64,000 bases of DNA from positions 32,001 to 96,000 of IMG/VR virus record IMGVR_UViG_3300044629_000431. One strand, written 5' to 3'. The translations under genes and the position numbers were made by a program. The stretch is from a virus. Shown in pieces: positions 37,096 through 50,115 of the stretch; within the stretch, counting starts at the first letter, position 1, and each line of letters opens with the position of its first letter. Under the pieces are notes generated by a model that had not been told where the DNA came from, made no database searches, and was given only the letters and a program-made list of their open reading frames with translations.

Positions 37096-37179
37096 AAGTT
37101 TCTTGCGGTGTTTCTCAATATTAGCATTTCAATACAATACTATCTAGAAACTTAATGTTTTCTTTGGGATCAAGTCATA

Positions 37180-37947
37180 TTACTTAATGAAATTGTCAAG
37201 TCTATCAAGATCGTTTAGTAGTTCTTTTTCTTTCTTTTTATCGTGATAATAAGACCACAAGGCATTATGAACATCCATAAGTTCAGTCACCCAGAAACCA
37301 GTAGGATAAACTCCTAGTGCATCTTGAAGACCACGATGACTCGTTCCTTCACTTTCCGCCTTACACATAATATAGCATATTGCTTGGAGCATATCAAGTT
37401 TATCAGACTCGGAAAGCATAAAATACTTTCCCACTGCCCTTTCTAGACTTTCTTGGTGAGACTTCTGCATTTCTTTGAATGAATCAGAGTTCCACCAGTC
37501 TTCAAATGCGTTTTTTCTTTCTTCAGTCATCTTTTCCAAAGATAGTTCCAAAAAAACCAGAGTCACCTGGTTTACGGTTTTCCAGTTTATCTAGCAAACT
37601 ATCAGTTGTTTGCAATGACTCAATTCGGGTAATAAGGTCTGCTATTACTGAACAAACCATCGGGCGTTCTTGACGTGCTGCATATGCTAGTGCATTACGC
37701 AGTGCTCCTTCTGCTTCTTTCAGCGATTCTTCAACAGATTGTGATAGTGCCATTAAAATTCACTCCGTCGTCTTGGTGTAAAAGGTTTATCATTCCATTT
37801 GCAATAATCTGGAAGTTCTGATTTTTGATCCTCAAAGTATTGGCAAAGTTGAGCAACATCTGGGGGATATTTTGGTCTCATATATTCACTTTTAATATTA
37901 TCAATATGGCAAAAAAGATTGTATCCACATATAAGAGCACCAATCAT
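37180..37947 (-). other. Three small hypothetical genes (37180-37530, 37523-37753, 37753-37947)
   Basis: Tightly packed minus-strand ORFs. Confidence 0.65.
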
Positions 37948-38678
37948 TAGAATCTATACCTTTCAACGTGTTTTTTCAAAAGATAAGATCCATCACCCTG
38001 ATCTACCCATTCAATAACATCATTTTCCTTCAAATTTGCTGCTTCTAGCAGATCATCAGGGAATGTTATACAGTATTCATCTTTATCAGTGTCTTCATCT
38101 CTGACTTCTTCAACGGGCAGAACCCACGTCTTTTTCTTTTCTGGAGGAATCCAAAAACCATCATCAGTCATCGTCCAACCAGCGGCAATTGCCTCACTGT
38201 ATGATAGAGTTTTACCTTTTTCCTCATCAATAGGACCTGACTTTTTATTTTGTTTTGCTTCATATTCATCAACAATTTTTTGGTAGTATTGTTGAGTCCA
38301 ACCATCATTCCAAGCAGAGTTTGCTTCAATCTTTGCTTTTGTATACTCCAGACTACTTACTGTTGAACCAGTATGTTGTTCTGGAAGAGGACACTCAAAG
38401 TCATCATAACCCTCATAATACTTCTTTTCTGCAATTGCTGCTTCAAAAAGTTCTTTATCTTTTACAGGACGATGACCACTCAACAGTTCCAAAAGTCCAG
38501 AAGCACGACTCAAACGATCCTTATGATAATAATAATCTTCACGAACTACTTCACGAATCGCAGAATAGATTTCATGCGGTGAAGCATCCCCGTCTATTGC
38601 ATCATGAACCCATTCTTGCAACTTTTCGAGTGAATAGTCTTTATAATCAAAGTTAGCATTATTTGGATTGGAGGTCAT
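37947..38678 (-). CDS. Hypothetical protein with a C-terminal AbrB-like domain
   Basis: YCITFPDDLLEAANLKENDVIEWVDQGDGSYLLKK. Confidence 0.7.
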   Translation of the reverse strand: MTSNPNNANFDYKDYSLEKLQEWVHDAIDGDASPHEIYSAIREVVREDYYYHKDRLSRASGLLELLSGHRPVKDKELFEAAIAEKKYYEGYDDFECPLPEQHTGSTVSSLEYTKAKIEANSAWNDGWTQQYYQKIVDEYEAKQNKKSGPIDEEKGKTLSYSEAIAAGWTMTDDGFWIPPEKKKTWVLPVEEVRDEDTDKDEYCITFPDDLLEAANLKENDVIEWVDQGDGSYLLKKHVERYRF

Positions 38679-38818
38679 TGATGTAGTCTTTGATTGCTTG
38701 TTCCATAATAACCTGGATTTCTTTGCTTGTCAACCCATTTAACCATTTCCAATTTGGGTCTTGTGGGTCCCAATCCATTGAGAAAGACCCATCTTCATTT
38801 TGTGTTATCTTAAGACTA

Positions 38819-40059
38819 TCAACATTCATCGCAGTCAGTGTCCTTGTGTTTCTTACGAATCTTTTTAAGTTGTTTCAGTTCTTCCTTGATCATTTTATAT
38901 GCTTCATCGCTACCAATTTTATCACCCATCTCAAGAGCAATAATAATATCTACTCGGGTTCCAAAATGTGCGAGTGCTTTTTCAAAGCAGTCTAAGTCAT
39001 ACATCTTGTTCAGACCAAAAACGTTCGGCAAGAATATCTATGCGAGCGTCCAAAGAATTTTCCACACGATAGAGTTCATTTGTCGTTTCAACGTTCTCTT
39101 CTTCCAGACGCTTTACATCAAGAAGAAGAGCGTTATACTTTTCTTCAAGAGCAGAAAGTCTTTCATACAGTTCATCCATAGGAGTCTCTTGTTTCAGACC
39201 CCACTTTCTATGAAACCAATACTGTTCACTCATAATACACCAACCTCTTTCAAATAGTTTCTATACCTCATAAAACGATTCCAGTTTGGTTGTCCTGGAA
39301 CATTTAACTGATAACATATTTCACAATAACACAACCACTCATACCAAGGAGTGGTAGGATCTAATACGTGATATGGATAATCAGAGTTTTCCACCTACTT
39401 CAGACTCATAAGTTTTGGATTCAGCGAAACCTTCCTGCCGTCCTTTAAGATAAAAATGTGTCGCTGAGATACACTGCTGTTCAGTGAGAGACGTGATAAG
39501 TCCGTTGCCATCCTTATCAGTGGAATACCAGAGTCCATACTTTTTTTGCTCAACGTAGAAAACATCATCAATTAGTTTCTTTTCCATGCTTTATCTCAGG
39601 ATGAGGAGCGTAAAGAGGACCATCATAGTCCTTATGAATTTCTTTGAGTGCTTTAATCACTTCAGGAGTTTCTTCCCAACTCCATTCGTTTCCATTTTTA
39701 TCAGTAAAGGTGCGTGCTGTCATTTCACTCCTCAAATTTGTAACTTAGTTTGATGTCTTTCTTTTTTAGTTTGTAGCGATCAATGTGCTTTTGGCGGTTG
39801 TGTTCACTATCGAAGTAACACTTACGAGTTTCATTTCCATCTTTGTAAACCAACTTCCAGGGAAACTGGTCAAAAGGAAATTCTTCGGTGTAGTCCATCA
39901 GGTAGGTTGTTCAACACGTTGAGTATACACGGAATCAAACAGTTCGTCAAGTATCTCACCACACTCGTGATACTCTTTGCTATCAAGGATGGTTTTCTCA
40001 AACTGATAGCGACGCACAGCAGTAAAGATGAGTTTATATTGTTCAGAGGTAAAGTTCAT
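38819..40059 (-). other. Run of small hypothetical genes (e.g. 38819-39004, 38997-39233, 39381-39587)
   Basis: Overlapping short minus-strand ORFs. Confidence 0.6.
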
Positions 40060-40535
40060 CACATTTCTCCAAGTGTATGAATGACTGGTTTTTCGTGTGC
40101 TAGGATGCGGTAAAGGTCTTCATTCTGTGCTGCTGATATGGGAATGAACTCCGTCTTATCATCAAACTCATCATCACGAATTGCTTGGTTAATTACAATA
40201 GATCCTTCTTCTCCTGACCAAGAACGATGGTATGTTCTCTGAGGAATGACCAGAGCACCAGAGCTACGATTAAGATGAACGATGTGATAAGGATACCTCC
40301 ATTCAGGATTTACAAGTTCAAATGTACGAATGCCAGACAGAACACGATTGTGGTCAATCTGATGGTAATGAATGTAAAACTGCTTTGCTCCTACAATATC
40401 ATCAGGAGGAGAGATAGCAGGTCCTTCATGAACTACAAGGTCGGATGCGTTAGAACCTTCTACTGAAATATCGTAGAAGATGACTGACTGGGTTTCACGG
40501 AATACTCTATGCTTCTTAAAAGTTACTTCGCTCAT
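40059..40535 (-). CDS. Cupin-fold protein (RmlC-like)
   Basis: YIHYHQID.N.V..G.R.FEL and L.IP..TYH cupin motifs. Confidence 0.7.
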   Translation of the reverse strand: MSEVTFKKHRVFRETQSVIFYDISVEGSNASDLVVHEGPAISPPDDIVGAKQFYIHYHQIDHNRVLSGIRTFELVNPEWRYPYHIVHLNRSSGALVIPQRTYHRSWSGEEGSIVINQAIRDDEFDDKTEFIPISAAQNEDLYRILAHEKPVIHTLGEM

Positions 40536-43500
40536 TAGTCGTAGGTGTTTTGCTCCTGATTCAATCTATCTATGTGATGATAAATGGTTGCTTGTGAATA
40601 CTGAAATTCTTTAAACCTTTGAGGTTTATTCTTCTGCATCTTGGTCAGCATATTGATCCATTGATAGCGACTATCCACTACCCAACCATAACGACGCTCA
40701 TCATGCATCAAATCAAAAATTGAGATCATTTGAACCCCTTGCTTTTCTTTTTGTCCAAAACCTCAATATGACTCAAAAAGTGTCCGCCATTTTGAAACCA
40801 AGTGAGTTGAACATCTTCATAGTTATCGAAGATAATCTCTTTACCATCTTCAAAAACAACCTTATAATCATGACGATCATAAGGTTTATCACAAGTTTGT
40901 TTAAACGTTTGAGTCATTTTAGGTATTGTGGTTTTTCTGTGTCAAACTGTGTCCACCTTGCTATTTTAAGGCACATCAGCAAAGTTTGGTGTTCACGGTT
41001 ATACAGTTCCCAATCTTGTTTGAGTTTCGCAGCATATCTACGACGATAGGCACAAGACCAAACATTAAAAAAGATTTTATCCTTTTCACTCAAGGACATA
41101 TCTGTTCTCCGTATACCCAACCAGTATCAGTTTTAATAAGTTCCCAATAAGAATCCCCATCAAGTCTCCTGAAGAGATAACGTGTCCCATCCTCACGCTC
41201 ACACATAAAATCACACTTGTGGGGAGAATACAAGCGAACCTCAAGTACTTTGTCGTTTTTGTTGTGCATAGGTAATTACATACTTTTTGTGTTCGGTATG
41301 AAGGTCAGAACAAATATAGTGTTCCAACTTTCCACCAAGTTCTTCTGCGATTTTTTCTAATTGTTTTTCAATTTCAGTCATTGTTCATCATCCCAAGGTG
41401 CTTTACGATTCATAATCTCTTTAATTCGTTCTACCACAGCAGGGTCTTGTGGTTCATTGATTCGTCGCACAAGTTCATCATAATCCTCTACCGATAGAGT
41501 AATCTTTGGTAGTTCTTGTGCTAACCTCAACTTACGTTCTGGACTGATAGTTAGGTTGTATGGGTCATCATAAGGAAAGATATACTCTCGATACCAACCT
41601 ATACTCAAACTCTCCCAGAACTCACCATATCCCCATTCATCACCGTCATTATAACAGTCAAGAATATACAAGACATTACGAAATCCATCAAGGAAGAGTT
41701 CCCATTTTGTTGGGTTTTCAAATCTCACGGCGTTTCATCGCTCCAGTAGTATCTCAGTTTATCACCATCGGCGTGAATATTCAAGTGGTAAATCTTTTTG
41801 TCTTGTGTGTAAATGCCCACCCACAGACTCCGTTCGTTCATACTTTCCAAGTGAAACATTTCCACCTCTTCCAGCACAATTTCGTCAGGATTTTCTTCCC
41901 ATCTTACTAGTTTAGTCATCGTATTCAAGGTAAAAACTATCTTTTTCTAGGAAATGAATCTTATCGTGGATTGCTTGAAGTGCCGTCTGTTTGATTGCCC
42001 ATAAGTCATCATCATCGTCAACCAAAATATTCACTTTGGTTGTTACATTCACTCGGAGCGACTTCATTTTGCCTCCCAGAACCTACCATCAGGACCACAA
42101 GAATAATCAAGTTCTTTCCAACGACTTGACCTCAGCATATCACAAAATCTTTTATCATATCCAGTTACAGGATTTGTGGTAGTGTTTGGTGAGGCACAAG
42201 TATCGTGTCGGAATCCCATTCCAAATAAATGAGTCAACCAATCCTTACGATAATACTTACAATCTTTACACAGTTTCATTGTTCTTTCTCACTCGTTCAA
42301 GAAACTCATCACTCTGTTGATACAATCGTGCAATCAAATCTTTGATGTCATCAATCGCAATCACATTATACTCCACATTCATATTTTCGCAAATGAGAGC
42401 ATCAATCATACATTCCAGTGTGAGTGCTTGCATATGTTCTGGTGTAATTGGTGTCCCATGAGGAAGACCAGAACATTCTTCATTATAGAAGTGATTATAG
42501 CGTCGCAGAACAGTATCACTTCGTTCTTTGCGTTCCCATTCTTCCTTCTCAATCTCCGCAAGTTGTTTTAGATCATCACCATTCTCTTTGTAGAGTTTAT
42601 CAACAGCATCAAGTGCTTTACGCTCTGCTTCACGACGCTCTGCCTCCTCAAACATTGCATCAGGATATGGTTCCTGATTATTCATAAGTTCCACAATCTT
42701 ATTGTAATCGTGTGTGGATACTTTTGCATTGATGGGTTGCTTACTCATAAGTTTCCGGAGTTGTTCTCTACCGTATTCAGTCAATTCGTGCTTTTTGTTG
42801 CGGAGTTCTTCTATTTCTTCTTGGGTGAGATTGACCCACACCATATCATCAGGCACAGGGAGATTATGTTCAGTCATCACACTTCTCATAAGGTTGCAAT
42901 TTTACCCAGTATAGATGACCACCCATATCTTTGTAAAGGAACTTGGATGGATTATCACCACCTTGAGGAAGTTCTGCCAGTTCACCTCTTTGAATGGCAT
43001 CAAGTTCTTTTTGAGATGGTTCTACTGATTTACTCCATCTTCTCATAGGTTTGAACACAATACTCATCGTAACATCTCCTTCATTTTACGCAAACAATCA
43101 TTAAATCCATCCACAAGTAATTCAGTATCTACATTTTGACTTCCTGCTGCTGATTGTTCTTTCGGCAACCATTCTGCAACTGCCTCTACAATATCACCAC
43201 AAGCATCTTCAGAAAACCCCCATTTGTCTTTTAAGATGTTCCAGAGTTTTTGAGATTGATATTTTTCCATCAACCTATTCACAACCTCATCGGTAATGTA
43301 TGAAGTAGGATTATCCTTCTCATCCCATTCTACTTCATCATACCAATCAGGTTCATCAACTACATCAAAGACACCATCTTTCTTTGCTTGTTTCATAACA
43401 TCACGAAGACCTTGTGCAACTTGTTCTGGTGTTTGTGGAGTTGGTTGATATTCAGTCATTGTCTTGGAGCATCTCCCAGTATTATAACCCGTCAAGAAGG

Positions 43501-46500
43501 CTGAATGCAACCACTTGGTCATCAAGTCCTTACGAGTATTCACATCCTCAACTTCACAATCACCAAAGAAGTGCTCACTACGAAGTGAAAAACCACCATA
43601 AAGGTCGTTAAACCATTCCTGAAATGCGACTTCGGCAGTGTCTTCCCACTCCCATTCTGATGTAGGATGTTTAGTCATTTTCCAAATACTCCTGATAAAT
43701 TGGTTGTAGAAACATATCTTTGATTTCTTCTACTGTCTTATTATGTTTTTTTGCGTCTGCTTCAAGAACTTCATCAGGCACCCAAGTTGCCGTCATTTCG
43801 TTAGAGTTTTTCCAGTCTTCAAAAGATAGTTTAGTCATAGGTCTAATGGTTGTTGTGGGTCTTGATACCAGAACTCTTTATATGTGATCCACTTTTCTAC
43901 ATCAGTCTCCATCTGTGCCATCCAGTGAATACCATTTGCATCAATCGCATCAAGATAATGAATGCGTGTCTTCGGATCAATTGTACGGGTGATCGTTACG
44001 AATTTAACTCGTTCAGTCATTTGTCTTTCCAAGTAAAGTCCAGAAGCAGTTTTGAAAAATATCTCACAATACGATTTGGTTTCTTTTCCAGATACACTTT
44101 GATGTTTGGTTTAATGTCCCAGTATCCTACCTCATTTGTACCAATTCTATACTCTGTGTTCCAAGATACAGTATTATTGGCAACAAGATAAGAACCGTCT
44201 GCTCCTACTGTAAGTGTGACTGGGAAACTACCATATTTTTTTGCGGATTCAAAGTTCTGAATAATACGATCAAACTTTTGATTATAACGATGCTCTTGAT
44301 AGTATTTGAGTTGTGCGAACTTGTACTCTACATCCTCAATCTGGTTATCAATCTTCTCTTCAAACTCTTGTGAGATTTCTTCTAATGACTTGCGTGGTAA
44401 TTGAAATGAACCTTTGATTTCAGGATGCTTATAAGGAATAGTGAAGTATTCCTTTGCGACTTCATATTGTTCATTATCTTCACCCATAGAAGCAATCAAA
44501 CCCATAGTATCAAAGACATTTTTTATATCTTTGATGGTTTTGAGTTTGCTTGTATCAAGTTTATGATTTAGTCGTTCATTCATTTGACATTCTCATTAAT
44601 AGGGGGGTCAATCAATCCTGGTGGAATTACATACCAGATAATGTTGTTTGTTTTGCGAATATCTGTTAGAGCATACATAAACTCATCAATAGTATTGAAA
44701 GATAATACTTCAAAGTCCTCTTCTTGATGAAGAGAAATCTTTTTATTTTGAATATCTACCACATATCTTATTGGAGTTTTAAGAAGTTCAGTCATTTCAG
44801 TTACTCTCCTTTTTCCAATTCTTGAAGGTGCCAGCAAGCATAATCGTGTGCTGCCATAAGTTTGGTTACATCATTCCCCGCAGAATTTGCAGCAGCATCT
44901 ACACTATCAGCAGCATTTTTCCATCCAGCATCAGTAAGTTGCTGCCAGATTTGATTGATTTCAAGAAGCAACTGGTCTTGGTAGTTCATCGGTTTGTTGT
45001 GTATGAAGTCATTATACAACGAAAAAGAGCACCTGTGGAGATGCCCTGTGCCAGTTTCTCAAGTGTCCTTCAGTCCAATCAGTTTAGCAAAATCAGGAGT
45101 GATAGTAAGGTTTTGTTCTTTTACAAGATTACGAACTTCTTTACGAAGATGAAGATACTTGTCTCGGTATTCTGTGAGATACTTTTGTGCTTTGTTCTTT
45201 TCATCAAAGTCGCACTGGTGTTCATAGGTTCTATTATATCTCATTTTTTTAAGTCATCCAAACAAGCAATAAGTTTTACGATGTGATAGTTTTCTTTGAA
45301 ATGCTCTGTGTTATTCAATTCCTCATAGGCATCTTCTATTGTAAGGTAAATGACTTGATTGGTCTTGTGTAAATCAGCATAGACCTTACCATCCTGCCTC
45401 TTCAACATAATCACATAGAATTCAGTCATTTCAGTTCCTCTTCTACTTTTTCAATCTCAAAGATTTCATTTAGAAACTCCAGACCATACTTACCCACAAC
45501 CCAAGCATCTTTATCCTCAAAGAACCTATCACCTATGGTTCTCATATCATAAGACTCTTTGCCTTTATCAAAGAAAGCAATCACATAACAATACTCTTTC
45601 TTTTCTCTTGGACATTCATACCACCTGACGAGTTCATATTTGTTGTTGAATTTACACCAACGAAACTCTATGTTTCTGAACCTCATTCTTCTTCCTCTTC
45701 ATAGGGAAACATAGCATCATACTCTTCATCAGTCAGAGTCAGATACTGAACATCAGCATCTTTGTGCTCTTCAGCATACACCAACTGATAGTGAGCAAAG
45801 TCACTTTCAGAAGTGCTGGCATACTCTATAAGTCCATCAACAAGGCACAGGTAGTTCATTTGGTTTCCTCCAACTCATCAAGTTTCTCATTCACAAAATC
45901 AGTAATATCAATCTTATTCACATCCACGCCTTCATCCTGGCAGTCAAGAATAAACTCCATAAAAGCACCAAGAATCAGACAAGCACGTTTCTTATCGTGC
46001 TCTACAATTGTAGTATGAGGGTGAGCAACGTAATGAGTAATGTTCTCGTAGAGTTGGTCGTAGGTCATTGTTGTTCCAAGATAGTCTTGATTTGTTTGAG
46101 GTCTTCTACTCTTTGTTTGGCAATGTCATACTCTTCACAATACCAGTCAAGATCATTTACTTCGTGATTGGTTTGCTCCCTAATGTCCCATTCAAGACAT
46201 TGTAGGTGCCCTTCTTGGTCTTTTATAAAGTATTCTAAAGTATCAATCATAGACATTAGAGCACCTCCCAATCACATTCCCAGAAATCGTTGATATTCAC
46301 CCAGAAGAAGTATTTCTGGTTCTCTGATGCGAGAAACAGCATACCATCACCCTTGTCCTGCTCAACAATACAGATAGGGTTGTTGTCCATCATATTCACA
46401 AGGCGGTTCTTAGCCTTCTTGCTTTTGGGTCTGACTGTTACTCTTCTCATTTTGAATCTCCAGTTTTAGTTTGCGAATACCAGTAATAAAGTAAGCAAAG

Positions 46501-47697
46501 TCACGGGATTCAGTCACCCGTTTCTCTTCACCACACACACCACACTTACCATTCCAGACAGATGAACAACCTACAGAATATACTCCATACTTTTGTCCAC
46601 AATCCATACAGGTTGTGCCTGTCTGTTCAAGTCGTTTGAGGAGTGCCTTCTTCTCTTTGAGAGTCATAGGGGCGTTTCAGATATGAATATTATAGGTCAT
46701 CAAGACTCTTCAGTGTCTTCTGGTGTGCCAGTTTCTAAAGTGTCTACATCTTCTACCAGGTCTTCCAACCTTTTCTTAAAGTTTTCATCAAAAGGAATAA
46801 GTTTCTCTTCACCTCTATCAATTCTATCACACATTTCCATCAGATATTCTAGAAACTCTTTGGGATATGTTTCATCCATATTGATGCTGCACCAGAACCA
46901 CTGATAACATTCTTCATATGGATCGTCGTTTTTCAGCAGAGCATAATCAGCATAGTTTCCACTGATAAGGTCTCTCCACATTTTGAAGTTGTTCCACATT
47001 TCTCTCCAACCAGTCTGGAAACAATGTCCAAAATAATACTCAAACCAGTTTAATTTTGTCTTCATCAACACTCATCCATTCCAAGATAATCAGTCTCTTT
47101 TTCATCTACTTCCTCTAAATGGTCCCATCTCCAAGTGCGGGAAAGCAAATCAATATCAAACCCAAACTTATATGCCCAGAAGAGAACACTTAGTCCACAA
47201 CCATTACCAGAACTTATTTGAATATAGGGCCAAGAAGGATAGTCATTCCAACTTACAGACGCTTGAAGCAAACTTCTACGCTTAACATTTAAAATTTGAA
47301 CATACCATTCGTGCCCGAAGTCTTCACGATGTTTGAATTTAATTAGGTTCATTGCTCTTTAATAACACAAGATGTAGTGCATTTAAGGTCACCAGAAGAT
47401 CCAGAGACCGTAGATGTATGGTGTGGTGTTTTTTCTGGTGTCAAATTATATGATACAATAGCGGATACAAAAAACGCAAGTGCAGGGATTGCGACATATT
47501 GTAGATAAGTTTTACTGCTCATTATTGTTTTCCTCAAAGTCAAACCATTCATACAGAGAGTTCATCGCACCATCAACCACACAATCAACCACAGCATCTT
47601 CGTGTGGGTTCTCTACGTGTTTATGGGCACGATTGTATCCATAACGAACACCTTCTTCCAGTGCCATCTCCAATACCTTACGAAAGTTGGGTTTCAT
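40535..47697 (-). other. Dense block of about 25 small hypothetical genes (e.g. 41378-41728, 42266-42889, 43064-43678, 44017-44583, 46700-47071, 47065-47352)
   Basis: Co-oriented ORFs, often ATGA-overlapping, with interspersed early promoter modules at 45011-45070 and 46689-46747. Confidence 0.65.
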
Positions 47698-47719
47698 CAG
47701 TCTGGTAGTAAGTAAACAT

Positions 47720-47753
47720 ACTATAAGACCCCTGACTCAAAAAGTCAAGGGTC
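47720..47753 (-). promoter_or_regulatory. TTGACT-17-TATAGT promoter embedded in a hairpin
   Basis: GACCCCTGACT/AGTCAAGGGTC inverted repeat overlaps the -35 and spacer. Confidence 0.7.
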
Positions 47754-47760
47754 ATAAGGA

Positions 47761-47964
47761 TTATATTTGTGTTTCCTGTTCTCTTCGCATTCTATCTTGA
47801 TCTTCCCTTCTATTTTTTGCTTCTATTTCATGATAGGCGTGTCTTCTCTGCCAAGCAGCATTACGAATATTTTGCCTTGCTGCAGAAGTAAGAGTTGCTA
47901 TTTTAATTTCTTTCCTATCAGCAGCAGATAACATTTGCTCCTGAAATTCCTGAAAGGTTTTCAT
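47761..47964 (-). CDS. Putative internal head protein
   Basis: MKTFQEFQE N-terminus resembles the T4 capsid-targeting sequence; ATAAATA at 47981-47987. Confidence 0.6.
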   Translation of the reverse strand: MKTFQEFQEQMLSAADRKEIKIATLTSAARQNIRNAAWQRRHAYHEIEAKNRREDQDRMRREQETQI

Positions 47965-47979
47965 TCTTAAACTTTTTAG

Positions 47980-48541
47980 TTATTTATGTAAAGACTTTAC
48001 ACCATTCAGAACTTCTTGAAAACGTTCGGCACGACTCTTGTGGTGCTCTACATTCTCCTCAAGCACACTCACAATATCGTCCAGGACAACATCCAGAGAC
48101 GCATCAGTATCAAAGTATTGTTGGATTGCTTCGGCAAGATACCGCCGCCGACTCCATTCCATACTATAGGGTTTGTAGTCCATAATCATAGTGTATATGC
48201 GGGTATTATAAAGTATTTACTCTTGGTTGTCAAGTTCTGCTAGGTAATCTGTCCACCATTGTGGATCTTTTTTCATTTTCCAGTTGGGAACTTCTTTACC
48301 GTGTTCAAAATACCATCTCCATATTGCTTCATCTATTACTTCAGCAATCTCAATCCTTCTCTGCCTCTTCATCAACGTCTCCATATGCATTTTCCACATA
48401 GGGTCCGTGTTCTCGTTTTGCATCTTCTCGGACATAATTGACTTCGGATACGCTAGAGGACAACCAGACAGATACTTTCATTATAAGATATATAACCGCC
48501 AGTGGAAGAAAACAAAGTGAAAGTATGACGGCGTGTTTCAT
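47980..48541 (-). other. Small hypothetical genes (47980-48189, 48217-48435, 48350-48541)
   Basis: ORF track. Confidence 0.55.
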
Positions 48542-48738
48542 CGATTTTTTCGATCATATTGATGCCATTTACACCAACCATCAGGTGAAATCTTGCCTTT
48601 CACAGCAGTACAGGCATTAGGTTCTCTCCACATATTGCAATTAGTACACTTTTGGTTACCTTTTGGTTCGTTCTGATACTTTGCAGTTGCTTTTGATGCC
48701 TTTTCTTCTTCCGATAGAAACTCTTGAAATGATTTCAT
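48538..48738 (-). CDS. High-potential iron-sulfur protein (HiPIP)-like, 66 aa
   Basis: AKYQNEPKGNQKCTNC..W.EP..C..VKG.ISP.GWC.W: all four HiPIP Cys ligands plus YQ and GWC. Confidence 0.8.
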   Translation of the reverse strand: MKSFQEFLSEEEKASKATAKYQNEPKGNQKCTNCNMWREPNACTAVKGKISPDGWCKWHQYDRKNR

Positions 48739-48935
48739 TATTCTTTCTCCAAGCACTTTTCAAACTTATCTCTCAACTCATTCAGTTTAACTTGATGTTG
48801 AAACTCCATAATATGATCTTTTATTTCTTTCTCCTCTTCAGTAAAGTTCATGCGATATTTGAGTTTAGTATCAACAAGACGCACCATTTCCATATAGAAC
48901 TCAGTGCCTTTATGAATAAACTCTTCGTAGGTCAA
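48738..48935 (-). CDS. Hypothetical protein
   Basis: 65-aa ORF. Confidence 0.65.
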   Translation of the reverse strand: MTYEEFIHKGTEFYMEMVRLVDTKLKYRMNFTEEEKEIKDHIMEFQHQVKLNELRDKFEKCLEKE

Positions 48936-49249
48936 TCCCTAGTCCTCCAATCGGTTTCGTCTTCATCACGTTTAAACCAATCAAGAAGTTCATCAGGACT
49001 GTCAAAACCTCTTCTACCAAATCTTTCGTGCCCTAAACCACCAATGTCCATTGAGTTTAGGAAGTCATCCATTTCATCCATATTGGGATTTTCTGCTTTA
49101 CGTCTTGCCTGACGGAGCATTGTTCCAGCAGAACGATTTGCTTTTGCAAGTTTCTCTGCCCAAATCATATCTTCTAAACTCACCTCTTCGTGAAGAACAA
49201 TCTTTTCACAGATTGCTTCAAGTCTCAACCGATACTGCGTAGAGAGCAT
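48932..49249 (-). CDS. Conserved cyanophage hypothetical protein
   Basis: MLSTQYRLRLE.IC..I...V.L.DMIWA.KL; ATAAATA at 49271-49277. Confidence 0.75.
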   Translation of the reverse strand: MLSTQYRLRLEAICEKIVLHEEVSLEDMIWAEKLAKANRSAGTMLRQARRKAENPNMDEMDDFLNSMDIGGLGHERFGRRGFDSPDELLDWFKRDEDETDWRTRD

Positions 49250-49269
49250 AAGAATTACCAGATATAGGT

Positions 49270-50076
49270 CTATTTATTTTCATATTCGTCCATCAACTCT
49301 TTTGCAAGTTTCATAGAACGACGATGCATCATATATTTTACCACAGGATTTCTTGGATTGTGTAACAACCACCACTTTTGCTTCTCATAGTTAGCTTTTG
49401 CTAACTTAAGCACATAATAAAAAGCAGCAGCGACACTATCATCAGTTACGATGAAGTATGCCACTACTGTGAATACGATAAACCAAGCGTAATAAGTCAT
49501 CGTCTGATAGTTTTTAGATAGTCTAACACGTGCTCACGCACTGCCATCAATTCATGATAGCATTTCTGATTATGAGCACATTGACGAAGTTCGTGGTCTG
49601 GTTTATGAACACTTTCAATGAACAGATCAAGACCACGGTTCCATTTGACTTCAGGAGTTTCTTCCATAATGTGCCTTATAGTTACACTATTTAACCAAGA
49701 AATTGATCCAGACTGGAGACCGATGCGCCTTTTGCGGACTTTTGAATGTAGGTTTTTGCGGACTTGTAGTTGTTGGCAACGTGAACCTGTTGCCCATTGT
49801 GAATAATCATAAACTTTTTACCAAATGGAACTGCTGCCCACATACCATCTTTGGTCACATAACCTTGAGGATCTCCTGGTTTTGCATCAAGAATACCAGG
49901 ACGGTTGATGAAAGGTTTTTGAAAATGTTCCGTCATCCGAATACTGCAGTGACGCCAATGACTTTAGCACTTGGGTTACGAGCAAGTGCAGTTCGCTTTG
50001 CATCATTGTAGTCTTTTGCTTCAACGATCTCATCAAAGACCTTACCAGCAATGTAGAGTTGGACTTTGCAGCGCAT
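49270..50076 (-). other. Four small conserved genes (49270-49500, 49497-49667, 49691-49936, 49933-50076)
   Basis: ORF track plus manual translation (MEETPEVKWNRGLDLFIESV..., MRCKVQLYIAGKVF...). Confidence 0.65.
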
Positions 50077-50115
50077 TGGAGTTTCTCCTGATGTGTGGAT
50101 AGTATAGCAGAAAAA

